63,751 nucleotides of DNA, filler included, from Pelomyxa schiedti (GCA_020536535.1; 6 parts of 6 records of this genome joined end to end with filler, not necessarily neighbours in it), one strand, 5' to 3'; shown: positions 39,201 to 52,207, numbered from the whole stretch's first letter. Numbers and translations are program-made. The notes: generated from the sequence alone by a model not told the origin.

Positions 39201-41010
39201 TGATAATGCTTGTCTGTTACAATTAGGGATAACATGCAAACAGTTTTGCCAAGTCCCATCTCATCGGCAAGGATTCCTATACACGGATCAATCAACAATG
39301 TAATACAATCCCTTTGGACCTCCAAAGGCTGTGGCTTGCTTGGGCTTCGTGAGAGACACTTGTCCGGTATGAGAACTTTAGAAAATGAGATACACTGGAA
39401 GTATAAAATCCAACCTGAAGTAAAAGGGAGTTCCATCAGCAAATTCTAGTGCTTCCCAGAGTGGATTCAGTGCTTCATCCTCCGCTTGAGGGGAGTAAGT
39501 ACCACATGAAAAAAGAATGAGTAAATACTCTGTATGTCTGTGGGTAAAGGAGGCATATTAGTGCTGTGATGCCTGACTTCAGCTGGTGCGTTGGAGGTCA
39601 GATTGTCAGGAGTACTAATGGTCTTACTGGCATTGATATCTGGAGAAGTAGAATCAATAGAACGAGCAGCTGACACGGTATCAGCGCCCAGTGAATTTGA
39701 AGGGACATTGCCCGGAGACTCAGTAGCTAGACCCCGTTCCCGTTGCAGTAGCCACCACAAAGCCTGAACGCATTGAGTGAAGACCACACTCAGATTTCAA
39801 ACTTGTTTCTGATATTTCCGAAGGTCACATAGAACAGTCTCGGGAGGTATCACAACTGGGAGGGTCTGTAGGTTGTAGGTAGAGTTGTTGCACACTGTCT
39901 CCATTTTGACTGAAGCTGGACTTCCAGCAGCACATCCTGAAGAATCTATTGTTATTGGAAGTCAGGGTAAGTATAAACCTGGTTAAGCATACTTGGTATG
40001 GCGGGTTTTGGTTTAAAAATATTTAATAACGAAAATAGGGATTTGAAATCGAATTGATTTTCCTGGGAATCCCCAGAATTGTCAGCTGTATGACAATGTT
40101 ATGGGGAACAAGGGAGGAAAATAGATATAAAGAGATCTACAGGAACTCTCAAAAGCGGCAATAAGGAGATAAGTATTCAGTGCAACCAATATAGTGTCTC
40201 CAACAGCGAGTGGCGTATTGCATTCTACCACTTTGCCTTCAACCGCAACAACCTCTGCTTCCAGCATCTTGCCAAGAAAGGCGGCAATGTCCATAGGAAG
40301 TTTACCAACCTATTATGGGAATGTCAGTATCCTCGTTTAAGGCAATGATAGTGGTAATACCTCACTGCCATCAACAACAAATCTTAGAACATGCACTGCC
40401 TTCTTTTCTCTTTTCCCTTTGGTAGGGCGGGTTGTCACACATTCCCGGCATATCGTGATAGTTGACTATTGAATTGCAAAGGTTAACAAGGAGTGCTTCA
40501 AAATGAAAAAAAAAAAAACAGTACCCCTGGGGCTATTCCTCTAATTGACTTGGTGGTTGAGTAGCCTTTTACAAATGCAGTGCCAAGAAACCAAGAAGCC
40601 TTGAGAGAAGCTTGATTACATGACACTGGAGGAGATCTTTGTCTGGCGGGAATTGTAGGCACAGGTTTTACACAGGAAACTGTTGGTGAGGTTGACACAG
40701 TTGCAGGTTCAATGATTTTGGAAGGAGTGTCGAGTGGCACTGATGCACAGGGGCCTGATGCATTGTCAACTTGGGGTGGTGAGGAGGGTTCATCTGCTGC
40801 AGAGGAGGATGTTGTTGTAGAGTATGATGTGGTTGATGTTGTAGAAGGTACTTGGGGATCATGTGAAAGGGGAGGTGGTGTTGTGGTCCGGCGTGAGCCA
40901 GTTGCAGTAGAGTTGTCATTGTCTTTTACAACAGTTGTTGGTTTTGGAGGAATGAAGTCAGTGAGTCTCCGTTGCTTCTTTCCTCTGGGCTGTTCAAAGG
41001 GTGTTGTGCT
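36266..41010 (-). CDS. RAD5: Rad5/HLTF-like SNF2 helicase with HIRAN and RING domains, multi-exon, 5' end lost in gap
   Basis: [59 protein letters not shown] ([10 protein letters not shown]...CPVCRE), [43 protein letters not shown]; HIRAN-like [15 protein letters not shown]. Confidence 0.9.
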
Positions 41011-41138
41011 CTAAAACCAAATCAATCAAAAAAAAAAANNNNNNNNNNNNNNNNNNNNNNNNNNNNNNNNNNNNNNNNNNNNNNNNNNNNNNNNNNNNNN
41101 NNNNNNNNNNNNNNNNNNNNNNNNNNNNNNNNNNNNNN

Positions 41139-41744
41139 ACGCCGTAAAGTACATGGAGTGCTCTGCCCTGACCCAGAAGGGCCTCAAGGAAGTTTTCGAC
41201 GAGGCCATCAGGTGTGTCATCGCACCCCCAGTCAAGACCGCCGCAAAGAAGAAGGGCGGGTGCAACCTCCTCTAAATCTGGGTGATGGGATGCCACTGCC
41301 GGCAGATCACTTATCGCCTACTTATCTACCCAACAACGACAAAGCATGCTTTGTAGTTGCAAAAGCTGAAATCCAATAAATTTTGTGTATGATTTTTTTT
41401 AATTCCTCACTTTCTATTTGTTGTTTTCGGTACTATTCAGTGTGTGGTCCTTTTAGACTTATAGTACCTCTTTTTCTTGTTCTTGCCATGAAGTAGAGTA
41501 GGGTGATGTTGTGGTGGGGGTGTAAGTGACCTTGTTGTGCTTGCTATTGCTGTTGTTGGTGATGTGGGAGTGCCGGCTGCTGATGAAGATGTTGTTGGTA
41601 GATGGAATAGCATTTTGAGGTCATCTATTCTGAGTTGTTGTTGGGGGTCTGTGGTTGTTGTGGGTGCGAGTGCGTTTTGTTGCATTGCTATTTTGTGTTG
41701 CTGGAGTTGGAGCATTGATTCTTCTATAGTATTGTGAACAATGA
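41139..41744. repeat. Second, slightly divergent copy of the Rac 3' end / Rad5 3' end region (35979-36573)
   Basis: Near-identical with SNPs and small indels (ggcggttgc vs ggcgggtgc; SSTAST vs SSAAGT). Confidence 0.9.
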
Positions 41745-41844
41745 NNNNNNNNNNNNNNNNNNNNNNNNNNNNNNNNNNNNNNNNNNNNTTAATTAATTAA
41801 NNNNNNNNNNNNNNNNNNNNNNNNNNNNNNNNNNNNNNNNNNNN

Positions 41845-42648
41845 TGGTGGAATGTTGCAGTGGCCATCTCAGGATATCAGAACCCCAACCAGCATAATCC
41901 TCTCATCAAAGATGACACAACCCCGGTCTGGGAGATAGAAACTCTGAATAAGCATCTCCCATGCCCTATCTTCTCCCACAGACATCTATAGGCATATGCA
42001 AAAAGCACCCAATTAAGCCTTTGCACCATGACTACAACACCGTCAGCAACCACTGGCAAGACTTAATAAGGGACCTCCACACCCCAGGCATCCCCCCCTC
42101 AATCTGGGACCAAGCCCTCTTGGTTGTAACCAACATGAAACCCCTTAACAATCACATGGCCCATGTATGCAAAGTTGCTCTGACTTGCCGGCATGGATGT
42201 GATTCACTGGAGACAGTAAAACACATCCTTAACAGGTGCCAACATAATTCGGAACTCTGGCAGAAACTGAACCCAATGAAGACCCTCAACATAATTCCGA
42301 ACTCCCCAGACTCAGCCAAATCTGCAGCCAAAACCATCATAGGGCTATATAATTTCCACACCTCAACACTCCCATGGGAACTAGCGCGTGTGGAAGTCTG
42401 TGGGGCACTGGGTTTACCAACCCAGGCCAAATTCCAAACAACCACCATCATTCACCCAAGATTTGAATACAATCCACCTTAAAGGCTTCATGCATTTAAT
42501 AAATGCCCAGTTGTGTGGGCTTACCCCCAATTGTAGCAAAAACCAACCTCAAACCGAACAAATAATCTTAATTTCTTTTCCCTCTGGCTTTGGCACCCTC
42601 TGGAACCACCACACGACCAGCCACTACGAAGAGTTCCTTTACCGCTAA
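41845..42648 (+). mobile_element. 3' remnant of a non-LTR retrotransposon (zf-RVT zinc-binding region)
   Basis: CRHGCDSLETVKHILNRCQHNSELW matches the C-x-C-ET-x2-H-x4-C-W motif downstream of LINE RT; A/C-rich strand bias; stops and frameshifts; no RT motif in window. Confidence 0.6.
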
Positions 42649-43092
42649 AAATAGACCTTTTTTTCGCATCTGGAACTAGCTTAGAACTTAGAGATTAAAC
42701 TTAGATATTTAGACTTTTAGTGACTGTTCTATTGGATAGATGTCTTTCCGGTGTGTGATTCTGTAGAATACACAAGCAAACTCTCTGTGAGCACGAGCAC
42801 AAACACCGAGACTGAGAGACTGACCTGCTGAGTCAGCACTCGGACCTGACATCTTAGGAAATCAAGTTCGTGGAAATCTACCTAGTCCTTATAAGCCCAA
42901 CACACTCCAACCTTAGAATCGCGACCCAAACCTCATAAATCAAAACAAACAACAAACAGAACAAATAATAGAATCCTTTCTTGATCTCGTTCTTGTTCTC
43001 TGCTTTCTCGTCACACACTGAACTACACATCCCCACAGAAGCACACACCGGACACTTCTAAGAGTTTTTTTGCCCCCAGTGGGCAATGGATA

Positions 43093-43325
43093 TCTCTTTG
43101 AGTCCGGGTGCATAATTTGCCCGATAAGGCAATTTCGATTTTTTGCAACAACAGCAAGGACTTGGGTGCCCCAACAGGGGCCCTCGGGTGTTACTTGACA
43201 ACCCCATGAACACAGCCCCACACCCGCGGGCAAGCAGGTCCTGTTGAGGAGATCTCAAAAAAAAAATTCCAAAAAATCTCTCAGTCTTTTTTACCGGTAA
43301 AATTATGCACCCGGACTCAAAGAGA
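43093..43325. mobile_element. 233-bp MITE with TA target duplication
   Basis: TIR TCTCTTTGAGTCCGGGTGCATAATTT (43093-43118) and AAATTATGCACCCGGACTCAAAGAGA (43300-43325), each flanked by TA; no coding capacity. Confidence 0.85.
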
Positions 43326-43715
43326 TATAGTGTTTAATTAATTAAAGACGCCTTCCTTTTTGAAAGGGTACTCCCGGATTACCAAGAAACACAACAGTGC
43401 TGTCTCAGAACCCACATCCAGAGGGAGACCCAAATCACACCCAAACAGCTCTGAGACAGTTAAAGATTTGTTTGTATTCCGGAATTTTTCCGGAAAAAAA
43501 AAAGTCAAAGAGGAGTGATGGGCTTCTGATGTTTGGCCAACTAATTATGGCCAACTCACAGACACCAGCAAACCGACCCACCTTATAAACCCCCTCTGTA
43601 TCGTGGAAATAGTTAAGACCAAGTTGTGTGATAAACATTCTAACACCCATGAGGACAACAACACTATGCCGCCCACAACATCCCTCACCATTTTTTCATT
43701 ACCAACACCAAGGAT

Positions 43716-45337
43716 TCAAGGAAAACAGAAGGCATACTCAAGCTCATTGCATGGTGTCGATGGGAGAGTGACACGGAACGCAATGAACCCTGTGAGTGGT
43801 TCCATCACTATAACTTCATTGCCGTCAAGGGAAAACAAAAGCCCTGAATCCACTTCGATGTGGTGAAGTGCTTGTTGAACTCTGGCAAGTGGCCCTGTCA
43901 ATCCGTTGCAGTCCCAGATGTCACACAGAAAGTTTTTGCCTCTGGGAAAATGCGTAACAGCAAACAGATGTGAAGTCAATCGTGACACTCTCTTTGCGTT
44001 CATTGTTTGGGGCAGAACCACCACCTGGGAGTTTGCGGCAGAACCACCACTCTCTAAAAACTGGATGCAGTGAAACCTGTAACTGATCACCGCCTTGGCA
44101 AAGAAACTCCTTGAACAGGCTCCATACAGCAGAATAACGGAATAGCTCAGGATGTAACACCTGTGTACTTCCACAAAGTGCACGAACTCAGTGCACCAAA
44201 CTAGTTCCGCGAAGGAAAGTAGAACGAACACCAACCCAGCCTCGGCTTCTGTGTGGACACTGATGTGCCCACTGGGGTTTTGGACTCTCACAAGAGGCCC
44301 CGTCAATTCGTTGCAGTCCCAGATGTCACACAGCCAATTTCTGGTGTCGGTCACAACAGCAAACAGATGTGAACTCAATCGGTAGACTGTCTTCACATTC
44401 TTTGTTTGTGGCAGAAATATCACTTTGGGGTTGTCTTCTGAGAACTGGACACAATAAGGTGTTGTCCCCAGCCTGGCTATCCCAATGAAACACCTGGAGG
44501 ACGCTCTTTGCAGTAGAATAATGGAGTGGCCCACAATGTAACCTCCTTTATCCAACTTGATGCTTGTTTCACTCAACACACATTACCTGAGAACTGAATG
44601 ACCGCTCAACATCAATCACCAAAAACACACATTTCTCTGGCATCCTGCAATCCTTCACTGCAACAACAAGTTCATTCACCACCAACTTGTTGAAGAAGAT
44701 CGAGCGGTACTTTGTTACCGCTGGCAGAGTAACCAATCCTTACAGCAACAGATGTGACACCAGGCTTCCTGTCAGCCAGCCTCCCAATTGAGACTCTCAG
44801 CCTGTTTCCTTCCCACTCATCGCTTTCATGTCCACTCGCCACAAACCACTCGCGATTCACCGCGTGCACAAGAACGTGTTCCGACGGCATGATGCTCCTC
44901 GGAAAGACTGCCACCTCTTCGCCAGTGACCAAGTCATGGAGCTCATAGCGGGGCAGCAGGCGCCTCCTGTTGTCAACCCACTCTGATGCACGCGCATTTC
45001 TCCAACGCTGCGATGCCCATGCATCAGTTGTGAGGGCGGGATCACCGAGGATTCCCAGAACAAGTGGTGACACATCGAACTTGAGCAGCAAGTAAAGATA
45101 ACGTGAAGGAATGCAGGGCCCGACGGCGAACTGTCGGCGAGTTTGCTTGACCAGCTCCCACACCAACCTCACCGCGTTTATTGACTCTGACGATGATGAC
45201 GACGCGAGTTGATTGTGGGACGAGGAGGAACGAGACCAACCGCACCTTGGGTGCGACACAAAGCACAGCGAAACAAATTGGTCGACGGCTCGGAGTGTCC
45301 CATAAGACCATGGTACTGGTTCGTTCGGTGTCGTCAT
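43716..45337 (-). pseudogene. Array family copy 1 (subtype A): two frameshifts and a duplicated C-terminal block
   Basis: GTLRAVDQFVSLCFVSHPRCGW start; frameshifts near 44705 and 44580; two successive SSHLFAV...CDIWDCN blocks. Confidence 0.8.
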
Positions 45338-45591
45338 CGTAGTTTCAAACCGGCGTGGACTTATGAGAAAACTGGACTTCAAAAAGATCTTGGCCCCCTG
45401 GCTTGAGCCAGCAGGAAGCAAATTCAAAGGGGGGGTACAAGCGCTTATCGATTCTGTTGGACTTTTTCTCCGAACCGGGAATGATCAGAGTAGGAGAAGT
45501 GGTGTACGAAGGGCTGTGGAAAGGTGTTTTAGAATTCTTTCAAAAATCACCCTCAAAGTGACCATAGTTCCTTAGTCACTTTAAAAGGGAA

Positions 45592-46854
45592 TCAAGGAAA
45601 ACAGAAAGGATGAGCAAGTTCATAGGGGTGCCCTTTAGAAGAAGGGAGAGTGACACTGAGAACAGTGCAGCCTGTGAGTGGTTCCACCACCATCAATTGG
45701 TCATTCCCAAGGGAAAACACCAACCCAGCCTCGGCTTCTGTGTGGAGACTGATGTGCCCACTGGGTGTCTGAACTCTCACAAGGGGCCCCGTCAATTCGT
45801 TGCAGTCCCAGATGTCACACAGCCAATTTCTGTCGGTCACAACAGCAAACAGATGTGAACTCAATTGGGAGACTGTCTTCACGTTCTGTGTATGTGGCAG
45901 AACTATCACCTTGGGGTTGTCTTCCGAAAACTGGACACAATAAGGTGTTGTCCCCAGCATGGCTATACCTATGCCAATGAAACACCTGCAACCGGCTTTT
46001 CTGTACATCAAAATGCTCCAGAGGTCCCCTTCTTCCAACTCCACGCTCGTTTCACTCAACACACACAATGACTGGGAACTGAATGACCTCTCAACATCAA
46101 TCACCACAAACACATATTTCTCGTCTTCCCAGCGATTCCTCACCACAGCAACAACCTCATTCACTGCCGACTTGTCGAATAAAACCCAATTCACTTCGTG
46201 AGTCACAGCAGGGTAATCAAGCCTGACAACAACAGAGGTGGCACCAGGATCCCTGTCCGCCAGCCTCCCAATTGACACTCCCAGCATCTTCTCTTCCCAT
46301 AAATCGCTCTCAAATCCACTCGCCACAAACCACAGCTGATTCACCGCGTGCACAAGCTTGCTTCCCGATCTCTGCGGTGGCATGGGCATGACTCCCGGGA
46401 ACAGTGACACCTCATCGCCAGTGACCGAGTCATACAGCAGAAACGGTGGCCTCAGGCGTCTCGTGCAGTCAACCCACTCGACTGCTGGTGCCTCGAGCCC
46501 ACCCTTTGCTCTCCAAGCATCACGTGTTACAACGGGATCACCAATGATTCCCATAACGAGTGGTGACACCTCGAACTTGATCAGCAAGTAGATACCTTGA
46601 GGGAGGCTATAAGGCCCGACTGCAAACCGTCGTCGAGTGTCCGCGACCAACTCCCACACCAACCTCACTGCATTAATTGCCTCAGAGGGCGATGGTGGTG
46701 CAATTTGATTGTGGGACGATGACGAACTCGCGGGGGACGGATACCAACCGCACCTTGGGTGCGACACAAAGCACAGGGCAACAAATTGGTCGATGGCTCG
46801 AAGTGTCCCATGAGCCCGCAGTGTTGGTTCTTTCCTTTTCGATGGTGTTGTCAT
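45592..46854 (-). CDS. Array family copy 2 (subtype A), intronless, 420 aa
   Basis: GTLRAIDQFVALCFVSHPRCGW ... FEVSPLVMG ... AVNQLWF ... VIDVERS ... CDIWDCN ... EPLTG ... HPFCFP. Confidence 0.85.
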   Translation of the reverse strand: MTTPSKRKEPTLRAHGTLRAIDQFVALCFVSHPRCGWYPSPASSSSSHNQIAPPSPSEAINAVRLVWELVADTRRRFAVGPYSLPQGIYLLIKFEVSPLVMGIIGDPVVTRDAWRAKGGLEAPAVEWVDCTRRLRPPFLLYDSVTGDEVSLFPGVMPMPPQRSGSKLVHAVNQLWFVASGFESDLWEEKMLGVSIGRLADRDPGATSVVVRLDYPAVTHEVNWVLFDKSAVNEVVAVVRNRWEDEKYVFVVIDVERSFSSQSLCVLSETSVELEEGDLWSILMYRKAGCRCFIGIGIAMLGTTPYCVQFSEDNPKVIVLPHTQNVKTVSQLSSHLFAVVTDRNWLCDIWDCNELTGPLVRVQTPSGHISLHTEAEAGLVFSLGNDQLMVVEPLTGCTVLSVTLPSSKGHPYELAHPFCFP

Positions 46855-48360
46855 GGGGTCAACCCAAAGGAGAAAGTAATACAGTGGGAAACTCTTGAAA
46901 GTGATTTACTTTTTTTAAGAAGTGAGAGACCGATGTTGTTGTTAGCATCGATGTACCCCCAGGGCCTTGGAACGAGAAGGTTCGGATGGAAGTTGGGACT
47001 CCCAACTTGTTATGGTCAGTGAAATTGATGAGAAAACCGTTACAACGAAAAAACAACAAGGATGAGTCGCCAGCCGCGGCACCAATGTGGCCTGGTAGCT
47101 CGTCACTTTTTTTTGGTGTCCTATTACCCATAAGTACCGAGACATCGATGTGTTGAGCGAGTAGTTGTCACACCAACAGCCGTGTGTGTTGGTTCCTTAG
47201 TTCTGATTGATTCTTGCCACCATCGCAAGACAGACGTCCGACACTAGTGGCCAAACAAACAACAAGGAACCAACACGCAAACGCTCATGACAGCATAATC
47301 CAGTGGCACCGAAAAGCCCACGACTTGTGGGATGTACCCCCAGTACGTGCCACCACAACTGCATCACGGCCCACCATCATCCAAACGAAATTTTTCCGCG
47401 CACTTCTCCTGGCATCGTCGTTTTTGCATTTGGATCTGACATTTGGACCTTGTAGATCTGCCACTTGGAGACTCCGAGATCTGCAACTACAACACTGGCT
47501 CACTGTAGTTCCTCAGTCATAGTGCCAAATAACCACTGCATAAGTGCAGTTGCATTCTCCCCACGAAATTTCTTGGCATTTTAACCCTTCATAATTAACC
47601 AACTTTCATTTTTTTAAACAAACAGAGACACGGCAGATCTACCGTGACAAGTACACCGTCATAACCACAAGGTTGTCGTTTTTTTCAAAGTGGACGTGTT
47701 TTATCCATCCACATCTCCGCAAAACAATACGCACGTTCACAACTCGCAGTTTATTTCCACCCTTTTACGAATTGAATGCTCTTTCTAACCACTCTCAGAT
47801 ACCCACCCCCCACTGCTGCAACGCTGAGACTTCTGGCGCTATTACTATACTCTATTGGGGCTAGGCAGGCTGCTTGCTATATTATGGAGTTGGCGAAGGG
47901 CCTAGATTGCTGCGGTTTGGTGTAAAAAGCCAAACCGTGGCTGTATTGTGCCCTTTCTCCACAGGACCGGCTGACAGCGGCGCTATTGGGAGGCAACACA
48001 GCACAGCGAGCTAGCTTCTTGCTTGGTTGGGATCATCATCATCATTCACGGCATGCATGCATGCATCAGGGGTCAACAACCACTCAACAACCAACAACAA
48101 GTTCAACGGGGACTCTTCTTCTCTTGCAGCTTGATCTCACTCATGACCTGGGAAAGTGTCTGTGATCCTTCTACTAGTGGTGCAAAAAAATTTTTTTCGG
48201 AACCGTTCGTTTTGTTGCTTAAGTGGGGGAAACGAGCACATGTGACAATGTGACACGTTTTTGTGGAGTTTTTTTGACCCGTGCGTTGTGCTGTCGGCTC
48301 AGTTTGAATGTTATGCCTCAAACCGCAATTTTGTTTGGAACGAAACAACAACTGGGGGTG

Positions 48361-50567
48361 ATGGACAGACGGTGCGTGGAGGGTTCATCGTTATCGTCAT
48401 CGCGTGAGCACCAGCATGTGCCCCAGCAGTTTACCGGCAACACCCAAAGCACGCGGCCTGCTCCGCCGCCAACCGCAACCACATACGCAACCGCAACCGC
48501 AACTGCAACGACGACGTGCACAACCACTACAACTCCGCCGCCGCCGCCATCAAATGAGGAGGGGGGGGGACCCTGGAATTCAGAATCATGGGTGTACCGA
48601 TGGAGGTGGAGTGCAAGGTGATATGGAAGGCACTCACACAGAGGATGGGAAAAAAACCACGCAGAATGTACTTGTGTTTTACTGTTTTATGTTGTTGTTA
48701 TTATTATATTCTGAAACTTGTTCCCTTTTTGTAACTCCAATTAATCTTGAGGAACACATGTACTATGTCTGTCAAGAAGGGTAAGCGGTACCTACAGTTC
48801 CACAAAGCGGGGTCTGTTGCTGTTGCAAGTGTTACTGGGCACCCATTGACTATAAGAGACAAAGATGGAAAAACCTACACAATGTGGTTGAAGCCAAAAT
48901 GCAAACAGCAAACACCAAGTAAAATTGGTTCAAAGGTGCCCAAAACAACCCTTGGACCACAACAGCAACCAACAGCCCAGCTACCGCCACCGGCACTGCA
49001 ACCACAACCACAACCACTGCAGAAGCAAATGCAAACCCAACAACACCAAAGAGATCAGAATATACAAGGACAACAGCAGCAAATTCAAATGCAAGTGCAA
49101 CCACAAAATCTATCCCAACAGCTTCAGGATTTGTACCGAGACTTGTGGATACAACCAGAGTCACTACCTAATCCCCATGGCAGAGGTTTCTTAGGGGCGG
49201 GTGCATATTCTACAGTGTATACTGGTGAGTACAAAGTGTGACTTAAGTTCATGGCTCCTTACTCTTTTTTAGAATCGCTTGGAGTAACAAATGTGGCAGT
49301 CAAAGAGCACAAAGAAGTGGCCGACTTCATACAAGAAATCAGTATTTTAAGGCACTTCCCGTGTAGTTCCTTTCATCATTTAGTTGACTCAATTCTAGAA
49401 TGTTGCGTCACCCCAATATTGTGTTACTGATGGGTACCCATCTTCGTCATTGACACGAAGTTAACCTCAAAACAGGCTGCTCAGTCAGTGGCGATGGCCA
49501 TGCACTTCTTGTTATGGAGCGCATGGATACTAACCTGGACCTTTTAATCCACCAGCCCTGGAGCGTCCCAGAGGAGATGCGAGGGAGCATGCTACTCCGC
49601 CGAAAACTTGATATTGCTCTTCAAGTGGTATGGACCCTCCTTCTTTCCTCTTCATTTACCCATTTCACCACAGGTATCTGGCCTTGATCACACTCACAGG
49701 AGCGATATTGTTCAGAGGTTTATATAACATATCATTGGGCATTTCATGCAATTAAACAACTCTCATCAGAGATTTAAAACCGGCTAATATTCTTCTCGAT
49801 AGGAAAGGGAATGTCAAGGTTTTTTACCTTTTAATTGATTTAACAAACAAAAAAAACAGGTTTCTGGCTGGGGTTGTTCATGCAGCTTGGCCAATGGTCC
49901 TGTGGCATCGAATCCCAACATTGGAACATGTTTGTCTCGGCTCACTCTTTCTCCTTTGAGCAATAATGCAAACTATCTCTTAGGGCAATACATGCCCCCG
50001 GAAAATTACGGCTCCGCACTTGTTTCAAAAGCGTACGATATGTGAGACCTCCTTTAATTCTTCCTCCCTTCACCTTTTTCCAGATACTCTCTTGGATTAA
50101 TTCTGTGGGAGTTGTACACTGAAATGGAGTTGTGGTCTATGAAGGTGGTGCGGGAAAGAATGAGCAAGATCCCTCCAGACGCGCCGGAAGCTAAAATGAC
50201 ACCTCAAGAAGTGCTATTGATGATGATTGTATGTGAAGAATACCGGCCAAACATCCCGGACCTTATGCCCCACAAGCGGGATCCCACACAGGCCGAGCAA
50301 GTGACCCCCCCAGCGTTGGTACCGTCCCTCTTTCTTCACTACAAAACAGAGTTTCTTACCAAACAATTAGAGAGAACTCATCACACTCTGCTGGGCTGCT
50401 GACCCAATCAAGGTACGTTCTTAAGATAATAATTAATAATTTTATAGATAATAAATAATAAATATAATAATTAAACGCCGGCGATCATTTCAATCTCATC
50501 AAAACAGAGGCTCTCCATTTCTGAAGTCAATTTGCGACTCAAGGCTATCATCGCTGATCTGCCATGA
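48361..50567 (+). CDS. TKL-like protein kinase fold with degenerate catalytic motifs (probable pseudokinase), multi-exon; start approximate
   Basis: FLGAGAYSTVY, VAVKE, LRHPNIV, QRDLKPANILL, VSGWG in place of DFG, YMPPE, YSLGLILWEL; Gln-rich N-terminal region. Confidence 0.8.
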
Positions 50568-50677
50568 TTACCCTTTGCTTGTGACAATAGAAGAGACCCA
50601 AAGAAATTTGGTTTTTGTTTAGAACTAAGACTTAAGTTTCGAAAATCAAATCTTGTTTAAAATAGGTCGGTACAACA

Positions 50678-52057
50678 TCAGGGACAACAGAACGGGTGAC
50701 CAACTTCGTAGAGCAGTGCTGGAGGCATGGTCACCCGAAGTATCATGCACCCCGTGAGTGGTTCCTTGACAGTAAGCTCATTTCCTTGCAGGAAAAACAA
50801 AAACCCAGAATCTGCTTCTGCGTGGTACCAGGGCACAACATCCCGTTGTTGTTGAGCTCCAGGAACAACACTCACAAGAGGCTTGGTCATGTCATTGCAA
50901 TCCCAGATGCCACACCACTTGTCATTATACGAAACAGCAAAGAGTGATGCACTCAATTGTGAAATATCTGCACAGCTTTGTGTTTGTGGGATAGCCACTG
51001 GAGTGGTACCATTCTCTGGGAACTCAAAGCAACAGGAAGCAAAAGGTGACAGAATCGCCCCTTTCTGAATGAAGCTCCGGGAACCATCCCTTTTGGTCAC
51101 AACAACGGCGTTTTCCGTGAGGAATGCGCCAGAGTGAACACAAAGTGTGTTCGTTTCAACTATCGCACACAATGACTTGGAGCTGAAGCTCTTCTCAACG
51201 TCCACAACCACGAAAGCAGAGTTCAACGGTGCACTTTGTTGGGACACAATCACAACGAGCTCATTTGGTGATGACTTGTTGAAGAAAAGCGCCGCTACCT
51301 TGTTGCCATCGGACGGGTATTTCAGCTTGACACCAACACTTGTGTCAGCAGGCAGTGGGTCCCCCAGTTTCGCGATCCCGATCCCCAAGGATCCCGAGAA
51401 GTCACACGGCTTCCCAGCCACCGCAAACCACTTGTGGTTCACAGCCAGAGGCAACGAGAAAAACCCCCCAAGCCTTTCCAGCAGAAACGGCGGGACCACA
51501 GGCACATACTGACCAGTGACCAGGTCGTGCAGCATGAAGTTTGGCATCAGCCGCCGGGTTTCTCCAACCCAGCGAGTGACCCCGTGGAAAGAGCAGCTGG
51601 CCGCATCGGCCCCCAGTGGATCGGGAACGACGGTCGGCCCGTCGGTCGTTCCCATAACCAGCGGTGACACCCCGAACGACGCGATCCACGACTGGTGCCT
51701 CGTTGGTTCGTTTTCGTGGTGATCGCCATCATCTCCACCGCCACCTTTCTCGTTGGCGACGAGCCCGCCGAAGCCAATCACGAACCGGCGGCGGGTCTCC
51801 ATTACCATCTCCCACACAACCCTGGCCGCACCTGCACAACTACAACTTGCGCCAACCGCGGTTGTCGTACTTGTCTCGTGCGTGTGAGGATGGCCATTCC
51901 GTTGTTGTTGTTGTTGTTGTGATGGGAGCAACGACGGGAGCCGCGACCAACCGCACCTTGGGTGCCAACCGAGGCACAGCGCAACGAATTGGTCGACAGC
52001 TCGAAGTGTCCCATAAGCCCGCGGTACTGGCCGCGGCAAACCCCCCGTTGTAGTCAT
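50678..52057 (-). CDS. Array family copy 3 (subtype B), intronless, 459 aa
   Basis: GTLRAVDQFVALCLGWHPRCGW, FGVSPLVMG, FFNKSSPNELVV, IWDCN, GHPFCCP. Confidence 0.85.
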   Translation of the reverse strand: MTTTGGLPRPVPRAYGTLRAVDQFVALCLGWHPRCGWSRLPSLLPSQQQQQQRNGHPHTHETSTTTAVGASCSCAGAARVVWEMVMETRRRFVIGFGGLVANEKGGGGDDGDHHENEPTRHQSWIASFGVSPLVMGTTDGPTVVPDPLGADAASCSFHGVTRWVGETRRLMPNFMLHDLVTGQYVPVVPPFLLERLGGFFSLPLAVNHKWFAVAGKPCDFSGSLGIGIAKLGDPLPADTSVGVKLKYPSDGNKVAALFFNKSSPNELVVIVSQQSAPLNSAFVVVDVEKSFSSKSLCAIVETNTLCVHSGAFLTENAVVVTKRDGSRSFIQKGAILSPFASCCFEFPENGTTPVAIPQTQSCADISQLSASLFAVSYNDKWCGIWDCNDMTKPLVSVVPGAQQQRDVVPWYHAEADSGFLFFLQGNELTVKEPLTGCMILRVTMPPALLYEVGHPFCCP

Positions 52058-52207
52058 CAGTTTTTAACGAATTGTACGTCTTCCGTGAATGTGATGACTT
52101 CGTTACTTTGGTCAAGACAACTCAGACGATGAGGAACTGCCTCCTCTGGAGGATGTGTTCTAACTTGCGAGAATAGAAACAATTAAGGTAATTGGAATTG
52201 AAGAAGA

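Noticed and set aside
43334-43345. TTAATTAATTAA without flanking Ns next to the MITE
   Set aside because: Low-complexity AT sequence; probably a chance match to the linker
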